Assembly (NCBI RefSeq): GCF_000002075.1
Contig: NW_004797296.1
Coordinates: 1,327,417 to 1,391,416 of the forward strand
Source of the DNA: Aplysia californica
Taxonomy: Eukaryota
Direction: 5' to 3'
Length of the DNA: 64,000 nt
Shown: in pieces, positions 15,201 through 24,904 of the stretch
How the letters are laid out: each line of letters starts with the position of its first letter
Position numbering within the stretch: the first letter of the stretch is position 1
Notes under the pieces: model-generated
Database searches by the model: none
The model's input: only the letters and a program-made list of their open reading frames with translations
Told to the model about the DNA's origin: nothing
Program-made: the position numbers and the translations under genes

Positions 15201-18200
15201 ATTGAGAACAAACTGTTGTTCAAAAGATTTAAATTCCAATACTTAAGATTAAGATAACATAGAGTAGGCAGAAAATAATTAATTTGTCCAATCATTGGAA
15301 CAGAGCAATACATTGATAAGCAGAAAAGAAATACAACACACCTTCCTGTTCCCTCGCTGCCTCCTCTGCTAGACGAGCCAAGCGTTCTGATGATAGGAAA
15401 TAAATAGGCTAAGAATTAGAATTTGGTGATAAGAAGTGGCATGTCATTGAGCAAGACACTTGAACCTTACCTCAATAATAGGATCATATATAACAGCCAC
15501 TAGATTTTGATTTGTTGTCCCCTTCATACAAAACGATTCTACTCTTCGTGCCTTTGCTCACATATTATGCTGTTGTCTCACAAATTTCTTATAAAATGAC
15601 GAAGAAAGAAGGGTTTCCTTACCTTTTTTTGAGTTTCCATTAATATGATGAACACTAGTGTTGTCCTTCTTTCTCTAACCCTTTGCTGCTTCAGCTAAGT
15701 TAAACAACCTGCGGCCAATTTTCTACAAAAAGCACTGAGCTATAAACCCTTCTATTTTAAGAAGTAAAAGTAAAAATGAGCACATTGACTCAAAAGCGGT
15801 CATCATCATTATAGTGGAGGCAAATAATGAGATAGACGGACAGAAACAAAAGGGAAAAAGAAAAGCTAGGTAGCACCTTCCAGCAGTGCTCTCCAACCAC
15901 ACCTGAATCTGTTAATCACAACATGGTAAAAGCATAAAACTAGTATAATATTATCTAAAAAAGAAAAAACAACCCCCCCCATACACACACACACAAAACA
16001 GAAGACAGGTGTCACTCAGATCGGGTACATGGATTAACAGAAGGCTGTTCAGAAAGGGGCTTCAGGAAGACTACGCTTCAAAAGGTACATGCAACACAGA
16101 AAAAACAAAAAAGTGGGTTGAAACTGTACACTTTTATTGCCTTGCGACAACTTACGGTTATATAAGAGGCAGATAACACAGAAGAAGCAACAAAACACAT
16201 AAAAAAACAACTCCCCCCCCCCCCCAAATAATTTTTTAAAACAAATTAACCCATCTGGCTTTCTGTCCATCACAACACAAGCTGCTCTCACCTTCCTCCC
16301 TTGCTGCTGCTTCGGCCTCCATCTGCTCCTTGATCTTGGTCTTGACCTGTACAATAGCCTGCTCTGTCGTTTCTTTCCTCGTCTGCTCCACCATCTTTCT
16401 CTTCTCTTCCTCGCGTCTTTCCTTGGTAAGCTCAGAGATTTCAAACACCTGCACAATTTGAATGTAAGTGAAGCATTGATCAATACTGTAGGGCAGTAGG
16501 TGTTAAAATATAAGAAGAAACTTTTTTTTACATTCAAAAGGAAGCTATTTTGTGAGATAACAACTTCATCCTTTTCTAAGTCGTATCATATTCAATACAA
16601 TTACATGTATGTCTCTCTTGCTGAGCTCTCCCTCATTCTCTCTGCACCTCCCCCCCCTTCTCTCTTTCTTCCCGTCCACTTGTCTCTCTCTTTGGTCATC
16701 GTTCTGTGTACCTCTCTGTCATCTAGCCCCAGAATCTCAAAAAGAGATTAATTTTCGTAGTTTACTCTGCATACTGCACAACACACTCACAGAATGTAGT
16801 GGCCATAATTAACAAACAAAATACAAAATACAGCGGTACTACAAAAATATATGTACAAAGAACGAAAAGAATTTTATTAGTATGAAAGGTACGTTAAACT
16901 TCATGCACAATCATGTCCACTTAAAAAAGTTTAAAGTTCAAGAAAAACACTTACTTTCCCACCGTACTTGTGCGCTATCAAATTGCTCAGAGTCGTCTTT
17001 CCTGACATGGGCGCACCTATCACAGACAGCTTGCAAGGGGGGCGTGGCTGCTCAGGCAGTAAGTAAGGGCGAGGGTTTTTCACAAACTTTTCCATTGCTT
17101 CAGCACTTGACAGACAGTACAGCTTGTCCAGGAAACTGCCGGTATAACATTAAAGACATAAATTTACTTTCAAGTATCTTTAAAAGTTTGTAGATACTGT
17201 GCCACGTATCTAGTCAATAAACATGCAGTCAAAACTGAGACAGCCACTTTTCGTCAAGGAGAAAAGTGGCCATCTCAGACAGGTGGACATCTTACACAGC
17301 ATCATTGCACTGTAAATTTGATGACATCAGTTCTCCAAGACAAAGTTGAAGGCAAAAAAGAATAGATAAAGATTACTTACATCTTTCAACACAAAACTTG
17401 CTGTGGACAGTAGCCTATGAAGACCACAGGAAATAGCGAAAGACGGAGGACGCTAGTGATGTTATGTGGAGCTCCTACCATCAACAGTACAGATGGAGCC
17501 AGAAAACAGATGAGATTAAGCTGAGTGGACAAGAGCATTCAGTTTTAATCCAACCTCTCCATCAGTTTTCTAACGAATTAATAAGAAGTTAAGTTTGAGG
17601 AAAAAAGAAGCACACCGATAGGGTGATATTCTCTTAGCCCTGGGAAAGAGTGAGACAGACAGACAAAAGAAAAAAATAGAGAGAAAGTAAGGAAGTAGGA
17701 CCTACAAGCTGCTCCCTCCAACCACCCACAAGAATTGCTCCTGCTGCTTCCATGGTAGAGCATGCTGATGATGATGATGATGATGATGATGACGTCAATA
17801 ATCAAGATGATGATGGTCATTGAGCTCACCTAACGCAAAACTCTGGTTTCCCAGGCAGTATATTCCCCTCAAAGAGTTTTAAAAAATGGAGGGAAAGTAA
17901 AGAAGTAGGACCTACAAGCAGCTCCCTCCAACCACCCACAAGAATAGCTCCAGCTACGTCCATGACAACAATGATGCTCAAGATGATAATGGTCACTGAG
18001 CTCACCTAACACAAAACTCTGGTTTCCCCGGCAGTATGTTCCCCTCGTAGAGGGCGACGGGACAGTGGCGCAGCCAGCGACTTCTCCTCCACCTGTAGCG
18101 CGGGGCCACCATCTGCTTGGGACCAAAGCTACGCAGGAGTTCTTCTGTCTCCATGTCCTCTGGCATTTCTTCCTCCTCAGGATCGTTCAGGCGAGTGACC

Positions 18201-21200
18201 ACAGCCGCGGGTCGCAAAACAAATGTCAGGAGCTTCTGCATTAGTTGCTGCAACAATAAAAAGATAATTTTCAAGATTCCCTCGGTGTTAGGAAGATCTC
18301 TTTTGTATTACTACTCCATTCCAGTTCTTTATCAATCATTTGTTAGTTTGAGTAAAGAGATACATATCAACACAACAACAATTATCATTTAATGCAAGGG
18401 AAAAGCAAGACAGACAAGCAGAAACCAAAGAGGTATAGTAAAAAAAACCCCAAACAATCTGCTTTTAATCATTTGAGTACTCAGACATTGAAATGTGATG
18501 AAGGAATATACATACATTGACTACTATATGTTTAGACAGTACTACAACATATCAGGAGAAGAGTCAAAGAGAATTATGTACATGAAAAATAGGAAGCCAT
18601 GGAACAATATTGAGAGACTAGCCCAGGTTAGGAAAATGTGGAAAGTGTTCGTGGCCTATACCCTGATGCAAGGTGAGGATAACACTGATGATGATGTGGA
18701 GTTTAAAGAAATAATCAAATTATTTTGATGAATAGATCCTGAGAAAGCTACAAGCTCATCTTCCAAGTTAAGACGTCGGCGGGCCAGATGAACTGACCTC
18801 AAGGGCCAGATCCGGCCCTCGGGTCATAGTTTCGTGACCTCCATGTTCAGACAGTACTACAATGGACTAACCTTGAATAAAGTGAGAACAGTTTGATTTC
18901 CGTCCATCTCAATCAAATACTGTTGGTCGTGATCAGCCATGTAGTCCTGAGAGAGAAGAGAATAATTTCACCTGTAGTNNNNNNNNNNNNNNNNNNNNNN
19001 NNNNNNNNNNNNNNNNNNNNNNNNNNNNNNNNNNNNNNNNNNNNNNNNNNNNNNNNNNNNNNNNNNNNNNNNNNNNNNNNNNNNNNNNNNNNNNNNNNNN
19101 NNNNNNNNNNNNNNNNNNNNNNNNNNNNNNNNNNNNNNNNNNNNNNNNNNNNNNNNNNNNNNNNNNNNNNNNNNNNNNNNNNNNNNNNNNNNNNNNNNNN
19201 NNNNNNNNNNNNNNNNNNNNNNNNNNNNNNNNNNNNNNNNNNNNAGACCATTACTTATGATATACTTCTAGATGTGGTTCACATGAATCTCCCAATTCGG
19301 ACATCAAAAACTTCCAATTCGTTGATAAAATTCATTTCTTCTGATGGTTCTAAAAATTGCTTCGAAAACATGAAAAATAGTTTACTCATGGCAAAAGGGA
19401 CATGATTCAATATAAGATAAAATACAAACCTTTCTATCTGATACTCGTTTCCCTTGGTTTCTTTTCAGATATCACAAAGAACTTTACATTTAATGCAGTC
19501 ATGAGTCAGGTTTTTCGAGTCAAAGTGTTGATTAAGACACAATAAAATAAAGAGGCACAAACCTCCAAAATCCTCAACATGTTCGTCTTGTACTTGCTCA
19601 GATTTTCCTCAACTTGTTGTGGAAGATCCTCAGGTCTTTTGACCAAACGTTCCAAAACTTCCACAGGCAGTTCAATGATTGGTTCTTCGTCCTGGCGGGA
19701 TGATATTGATGATTTATTGAAAAATAGAAATATGATTTCAGGTACAAAAAAATAATAAATGAAAAAGACCATAACATCTTATAGAATAGATGCCAAGCAC
19801 ACTGAGTGACTAATTTTCTCAAAGAAATTTTGTAGACTGTAGACATGTACATATATCATAATATGTTTTATGTACCCACATGTTCTTTAGTTTAAAAAAT
19901 GTGATATCTTTATTTATGAAAGTAATGTGCATTAAGAATTTTTTTAAAAAGGAAATGCTCAGCATATATAAGCTATTTATTATTATTATTTTAATTACGT
20001 TTAAAGGTATAAAAATTACACATGAAAAAGAGCCAAACACCTCATAACTTCACCACCCTATAAACTATAAACAAATTCTTTCCCATAAACTTAACATATG
20101 AAAAACTTTCTTCATGCACCTCAAACCCAACCATTGACACAAACATGCTGCAATCACCAACATCAAGCAACTGTCTTTTTTTTCGAAATAAGATATCATC
20201 TTTTATTGCAAGAAAGTCTATAAATTGAGCGATCACCAAACTAAATATCTACAAAACTAACACAAAACTGGAAATAAGAAAGTCTAGAGATCAGCCTAGA
20301 AATGCATTCCTGGGCCTCTAAAAATAAAACACAATTGTTCAAGGACATAATAATACGTTTTAATGATTTCAACAGTCGGTCTTGGAAAGACTTAACAATA
20401 AAACATGTAAACAAAAGCAACAAACCTCTGGAGGCTCTTCCTCATCCTCTACCTCTTCTTCTTCATCCTCATCTTCATCTTCTTTCTCTGGTGAAGGCTA
20501 AAGATCAAGGGAAAAATATAAAGGTCAGGATAATAGTGCGAGAATGTGTCACCAAAAACATGACTAATTGTCAAAGAACAACTTTTCTATTGCTCATTCT
20601 CATCCTGAAGTAGCTGAAAATTGGAACTTTTCGGCAGAATACTTTCTATAAGGCTTTCATTTTTGTTCTCTTATAAAATCATGGGGAGTGAACATCATTC
20701 AGAAAAATCTTTCAACATAGGTGTATTCTTAGAAAATGCCAATACTTGTACACACTCACCGGGGGCACAGGTTTGTCTGGCGCGTAGATGTCTCGGGTGT
20801 ACAGATCCAGGGTCTGAGGATCAAGCTTCTGACCAAGTCTCCGGCGCTCAATGTCTTTGTCGGGAATCTGTAAAATGATTGTAAATGATTTTAATGACTA
20901 CAAACACTTTACATCCCAGCTGTTTCGATTTTGATTATATAAGAGGCTGGCTGCTTTGATCATGCTTGTCAGGACAAACCCAGGCTGAATGAGAAATGCA
21001 GCTACTCGACAAAATAACTCCCCCACTTGAGAACTGAATTCATGTCTTCTGCGTGTAACAACAAAGAACCTAACTATTTCACTGCAGACGCTGGTCCTGT
21101 CAAATGGATTATGCACATACAATCACTAATTTGGAAAGCTAAAATGCACCTCATTTAATTGGTGAGTAATAAAAAACTAAAGTTTCTCATTTTTCTTGTG

Positions 21201-24200
21201 ACAGTGATGATATGAAGTATGTTTAAAGTTTACAACCTCAAGCTAAATTACTAAAAATGATGCCAGCAAAAATATAAGGAAATTTCAAAATAGAATGTAG
21301 TGCAGTGTCAAAAGTAAAAATTGTTTTTTATTATTATTATCTATATCGTCACCGTTGCAAGAAAATTGAATAACTCTCATTTTTAATCACTTACCTTGAA
21401 AAGCCAGTTTGAACTAATTGTTATTATTTTTTTTTTTGCGGTAGTGATGATATATGTATCACATAGAGAAATATGTTATAACTAGCTGGGCCCCCTTTCA
21501 ATGAAATGAGTGATGTAATCCACCCACCCTCAAGTTGATGACAAAGTCTGGCTTGAGTTTCCAACTTTTGATAAGCTCCAGCTGGTCTTTGATAGACATC
21601 AGTTCCTCTGACAGGCATGGGAAGTCATCCATGATGTACCCTGGTCACAGAACAAAAGACAGATACATCGTTAGCTCTTCGTACATCACAACCATCACAC
21701 CTCTCTGTGTCCCGCTCCTGCAAGAAATAGCTGCATCTCCAGTGCACTCTCCATGGTGACCCTGGATATGTGCACTAGGTCAAATCCATTCAAAGTGCAA
21801 GGGGTTGGAAATGAGGTGCAAATTTACTTTTATCCATTAGTTTTGAGAGAAGGAGAAAAACAAAAGCCACAAGGAGATACAATAATAACAATAATTAGTA
21901 AATTTATATCGCACCCACACCCTAATTAGGCTCTGGGCACTTTACACCAACAGCAACTTCAGTTGATCATACAGACATGAGAGCATACCTGACCATACTT
22001 TAACTTCACCCTTCTGTACACTAAACACATCCCTCATGTCAGCATACAATAGTATAAATCTATTATTCGATCCACGGTGCTCAAGGTGCACGCTTCCTGT
22101 ATGGCTCAGGACTCAATTAGTTGATACCATTCTTCTCGCTATACAGTCTCAATATTCATGCTTGTTTGAATGTTCTATCTGTTGTACATAGTAGGTACAC
22201 AAATGATGTTGAACCCTGAGAGAGCTCTGGGATATAAACAGAACACTGTCCCACCAAGAGGAGTTATAAATACCACACTGGTAAGGTGATACTGTATGCC
22301 CCAATTTAACTTCCAAAGAGGGTGGCAATTCTTTTCAATGTTCACTCTGGCTTCTGTCCTCTCAGTAGACTTCATACAAATCACTAGACTACCAAGGGTT
22401 CACTCTAACAAAACATAAATCCCAAAACCTCAATAGAGCGAGGCCAGCTTTTAAAATTATCTATAAATCTATATTGTAAGTTGTTGCTTTTATACTCAAA
22501 CAAAAACAAAAACAAAAACAAGCCAAACAAATGCGTATTTCTTTTTTAACGCTTGGTAAAGTAACAAAGTGATTATCATCATTCTTTCGTAGATGAAGCA
22601 GAATGGTCATCTAACAGAGAATAAAATGAATGATACAGAAAATACAACAATAATCTCATCATTAGTTTCATCTCCTCACCATGGTGTGCTACTTCTGGAG
22701 AATTAACTTTGTCCTCAATCATTTTCAGCACCATGTCATCAGGAATGGCTTCTCCACGACGCAAAATCTCCGCACACTTGAGGCCCATTTCTGTTTGAAG
22801 TTCCATGTTCTGAAGTATGATGTCCGTGGCTGGTGACGAACATTTTTGCATTAAAAGATTCTAACATATAAAGAAACTGATTTCAAGTATTACAGTTTTA
22901 GGCCTACCTATAAATTTAATTCAGATTACTACAGATTGAAGAGCATACCCAACCTTCTCGTGTCTTACATTCTTTTCCTCTAATAGCACTGACTATGGTG
23001 ACTGCTAAAGAAGAGAAGTATAGGTTAGAGGGCTTTTTCAATTACAAGAGGGAGCAACAGGAATTCCTGAGCATTTAAGAGACTGATTGCCAAAGTTCTA
23101 GCCCCTGCCAAAGAAATTTATATCATTTAAGAAGTGGGGTGCTTTTAAACCTTCATGGGATGAAAAGGATGCAGCATTCCAGAGGAAAAATAAAAACAAC
23201 AGAATTCCCCAAATAAGAATCAAACTTATTTCTTTTACTTCCAACAGGATGGAGCACAACCATGACATCAAAAATGTTGGTGAGCATTAAAAACTTTGAT
23301 AGAAAAGGCATGAATAAATTTCTGAAGCACAGGATATTAAACATTATCCAAGATTTTGATAAAACTTTATTTTTCAAAATATTGAAGAGGTCATCTTGCA
23401 GTTTTTTCTTATTCATGAGAGAGAAAAGAAATTTCGTTCATTTGCTATAGAAAGAGTAAGCACTAATCAAATCAACTAAAAACAAAAAACTTTATTGAAT
23501 CACATATTTTTCATGCTGTCTGCCAGGAATTTTTAAAAAAAGAGCATTGATGAGAAGGATATTCATTATGAAATTTTTAAGGGAACATTTTCTCGTTTGA
23601 GTATTTGTTGATAGCAGCATAAAAGAAACTAAACCTACTCTGTAAACAATCATGACAACAGGAGACCCACAACATCTTAAATAAAGTTATAAACATGACT
23701 TCACATGAACACGAAACAAAAATACATCAAATTTTTGCTCTTGGTGAGAGGAAGACACTGTAAAGAACCTTTGACTTCTGTGCTTACAATTGATGAGCTG
23801 ACATTTCCATTCTGCTGCAAAACGTCTGGCAAGTGTGGTTTTCCCAACTCCAGGTTTCCCAAGTAACAGAAAACAGGTGGGTTTCGAATACAGGAAGCGC
23901 ATTTCCGTCTGCAAGGAAACAATATTCACAATAACTAAATATGAGATGAAAAGAATTAATAGAATTAATTTTGTAAAGCATTTTTAAGCAGCTGATTAGT
24001 GGGGTGCTAACTTGTCTATTAAAAATATTAAATTGATGAATTTCTCAATCCCTCTTCTTTTTCAATTCCTTTTTTTTTCCTTTACACTCTCCGAGCAAAT
24101 CCCTAAAATCACATGTATTAATTGCCTTGACTGGATAAACCAATAATTTTCATTTAAATAATGACTCTATCAAAAAACTTATCATGTAAACATGGGACTT

Positions 24201-24874
24201 GAGAAAACATAATATAAATATTTAAGACATTTAGAAAGAATTATTTTCTTCCACCTCATCTTCACTGTATGGGTCTTGGTTGAGACTGCGGACAAGCTCA
24301 GCTACATCCTGCACAGATTTTGCGCATTTCTCATCATCAATGCTCACAGCACGAAGACTGGGTTGTACAGGGTCACCAGCACCATCCCCAGCAGCCTGCT
24401 CTGGCTCACCATTTTCTCCTAAGTTTGAAAGGGGAAAAAACACCTTTTAAATGCTTTTGACTAATGAAAACTTAAAAGATGCAAATGAAAAACAAAGAAA
24501 ACGAAAAAACCTACAAACTTTCAAAATGGGATTCTGAATTTTGCAAAATCAGTCTTGTACTATACTATAGATGTCTCTCAGGTTATTAAATTTAATTATA
24601 TTGCATCATGAAAAATTGGTATGAAAGATAAGGAAAACTACAAAACACATGCATACCTCTTACAAAACAGATTATATTTATTTTCATAACCGTCACCTAG
24701 ATCAGACAAGCCTTATGCCTATAAAAGAGCTACTCTAAGAATGACAACAAAACACAGATATACAGCACTGCATAAACATTATTGGCAATAAAAACCAGGA
24801 AATACTGGCACAAAATTAAAATACTTACTCGATGGATCGCCAGAGGGCTGAACAGACGATGGATCTTCATCCAT
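77..24874 (-). CDS. AK9: Adenylate kinase 9-like, 5' part (~998 codons; continues beyond the left edge)
   Basis: Manually spliced GT-AG exons with consistent phases: 24874-24829, 24418-24255, 23908-23788, 22829-22680, 21640-21528, 20867-20760, 20497-20426, 19691-19563, 18946-18872, 18247-18006, 17135-16955, 16448-16292, 15386-15342, 14866-14837, 12629-12612, 12022-11766, 10762-10599, 9052-8911, 8045-7924, 7122-7108, 5656-5607, 4848-4792, (2851-2666), 1551-1450, 855-785, 254-77. The protein contains KPTCFLLLGKPGVGKTT (P-loop 1), SPEVAHHGYIMDDFP, RYRWRRSRWLRHCPVAL, FVKNPRPYLLP and IGAPMSGKTT (P-loop 2), recognised from memory as AK9-like. Confidence 0.9.
785..855 (-). CDS. AK9: AK9 exon (SATAEEEGEGEETPEPPVKTEME)
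   Basis: Phase 1 to 0. Confidence 0.8.
1255..1410. repeat. (ATT/ATC)n microsatellite
   Basis: Visible directly. Confidence 0.9.
1450..1551 (-). CDS. AK9: AK9 acidic exon (DTENEEETPKGEEEAEPEAEPEPEPE...)
   Basis: 102 nt, phase 1-1, gtgaga donor. Confidence 0.8.
1590..1742 (-). repeat. Interspersed ~160-bp repeat family (copies also at 3228-3400, 12066-12232, 32968-33155, 43078-43240, 43932-44235)
   Basis: Shared GGCACTTGCAACACA, ACAAGAGAGTAACAAACA and ACCAGAGCACCC.CCAACCA blocks. Confidence 0.8.
2666..2851 (-). CDS. Candidate 186-nt AK9 cassette exon (EFLVDQVLWDPLTGELQTRKEFNSFGFVKPRG...)
   Basis: Stop-free, phase 1-1, tttttccaacggtcag acceptor and a weak gttatt donor. Composition is coding-like, but I recognise no homology. 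Confidence 0.45.
4792..4848 (-). CDS. AK9: AK9 57-nt exon (EEQAAAAAAATEEAEARK)
   Basis: Phase 1-1, gtaagc donor. Confidence 0.78.
4962..5324. mobile_element. Non-autonomous DNA element with imperfect TIRs (copy 1)
   Basis: GAAATCAGGCGCTCGTCAA...TTGACGAGCGCCGGATTC inverted ends; homologous to 49945-50385. Confidence 0.75.
5607..5656 (-). CDS. AK9: AK9 exon (QEELRRQEEEEQERKE)
   Basis: cctgcag acceptor, gtaagg donor, phase 2 to 1. Confidence 0.8.
7108..7122 (-). CDS. AK9: AK9 15-nt microexon (EELA)
   Basis: ttttgcattttgcag acceptor, gtatct donor, phase 2-2. It continues the EELAR/QEELRR repeat of the flanking exons. Confidence 0.65.
7924..8045 (-). CDS. AK9: AK9 exon (ALAERFCKNNREF...EELARQEEERRV)
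   Basis: Phase 0 to 2, gtaagt donor. Confidence 0.85.
8668..8852 (+). mobile_element. tRNA-derived SINE (tRNA-Asp-like head)
   Basis: Degenerate A/B boxes and CTGTCAC..GCAGGAGACC. The body ATCCCTCTCAGCCCAGG...GGGTTGGAAGCC is shared with ~10137 and ~47541. Confidence 0.65.
8911..9052 (-). CDS. AK9: AK9 exon (HGCWILDNFPSSREQW...LLPDDVIVL)
   Basis: Second adenylate-kinase-like GxxLDxFP motif. Confidence 0.9.
9290..10015 (+). mobile_element. 3' fragment of an L2/CR1-like LINE, antisense to AK9
   Basis: Degenerate APSVWNSLP and LKTH coding remnants, plus a TGTAAAGCGC...GGCGCTATAAAAAT...TATTAT tail. Confidence 0.6.
10137..10362 (+). mobile_element. tRNA-derived SINE (same family as 8668)
   Basis: TGGTGTAGTGG A box, GAGTTTGATTC B box, shared body, GGCGTAAAAAC tail. 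Confidence 0.65.
10599..10762 (-). CDS. AK9: AK9 exon (VDETHPDVVAMV...KPEGP)
   Basis: HPDV motif, gtgagt donor. Confidence 0.88.
11766..12022 (-). CDS. AK9: AK9 acidic low-complexity exon (EDGDSETKSPKEGEEE...AEPE)
   Basis: Open frame, phase 1 to 0, gtgagg donor. Confidence 0.85.
12612..12629 (-). CDS. AK9: AK9 18-nt microexon (EEEEEG)
   Basis: ttttttttcttcctcag acceptor, gtaagt donor, phase 1-1. Confidence 0.72.
13635..13781 (-). mobile_element. tRNA-derived CORE-like SINE
   Basis: Minus strand reads TGACCTAGTGGTAAGG (A box), GGTTTGAATAC (B box) and TGTGTCCCTTGGAAAGGCACTTTAC (CORE-like). Confidence 0.65.
14837..14866 (-). CDS. AK9: AK9 30-nt microexon (ERERLEALRA)
   Basis: gcag acceptor, gtttgt donor, phase 1-1. 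Confidence 0.65.
15342..15386 (-). CDS. AK9: AK9 45-nt microexon (ERLARLAEEAAREQE)
   Basis: Pyrimidine tract plus cag acceptor, gtgtgt donor, phase 1-1. Confidence 0.75.
16292..16448 (-). CDS. AK9: AK9 exon (VFEISELTKERREEEKRK...)
   Basis: Charged helix, phase 0 to 1. Confidence 0.88.
16955..17135 (-). CDS. AK9: AK9 exon with P-loop 2 (FLDKLYCLSS...NPRPYLLP...GAPMSGKTT)
   Basis: YHS-like segment plus second Walker A motif, gtaagt donor. Confidence 0.93.
17683..18046. repeat. Local tandem duplication covering an AK9 exon 3' end and donor site
   Basis: 17683-17870 aligns with 17892-18046. Confidence 0.85.
18006..18247 (-). CDS. AK9: AK9 exon (RYRWRRSRWLRHCPVALYEG...)
   Basis: AK9-like motif, gtgagc donor. 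Confidence 0.93.
18772..18845. mobile_element. hAT/Charlie-like terminal fragment
   Basis: GCGGGCCAGAT...GGGCCAGATCCGGCCCTCGGG subterminal repeats. Confidence 0.45.
18872..18946 (-). CDS. AK9: AK9 exon (DYMADHDQQYLIEMDGNQ...)
   Basis: 75 nt, phase 0-0. Confidence 0.9.
19563..19691 (-). CDS. AK9: AK9 exon (ERLVKRPED...LRILE)
   Basis: 129 nt, phase 0-0. Confidence 0.9.
20426..20497 (-). CDS. AK9: AK9 acidic exon (PSPEKEDEDEDEEEE...)
   Basis: 72 nt, phase 0-0, ttag acceptor, gtttgt donor. Confidence 0.8.
20760..20867 (-). CDS. AK9: AK9 exon (IPDKDIERRRLGQKLDPQT...)
   Basis: 108 nt, phase 0-0, LID-start-like sequence. Confidence 0.9.
21528..21640 (-). CDS. AK9: AK9 exon (GYIMDDFP...KPDFVINLR)
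   Basis: Variant of the adenylate kinase GxxxDGFP motif; splice phases fit. Confidence 0.92.
22680..22829 (-). CDS. AK9: AK9 exon (ILRRGEAIPDDMVLKMIEDKVNSPEVAHHG)
   Basis: Adenylate-kinase NMP-binding-like segment, gtgagg donor. Confidence 0.92.
23788..23908 (-). CDS. AK9: AK9 exon with P-loop 1 (GKPGVGKTT)
   Basis: Walker A motif, tgcag acceptor, gtaagc donor. Confidence 0.93.
24255..24418 (-). CDS. AK9: AK9 exon (ENGEPEQ...DPYSEDE)
   Basis: Open frame, ag/gt boundaries, phase 1 to 0. Confidence 0.8.
24829..24874 (-). CDS. AK9: AK9 first coding exon (MDEDPSSVQPSGDPS)
   Basis: aaaATGG start context and gtaagt donor. An acceptor at 24905-24906 implies an upstream non-coding exon. Confidence 0.7.
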
Positions 24875-24904
24875 TTTAACGAGTTGCCTTTTTAATTCAG
24901 TTCT

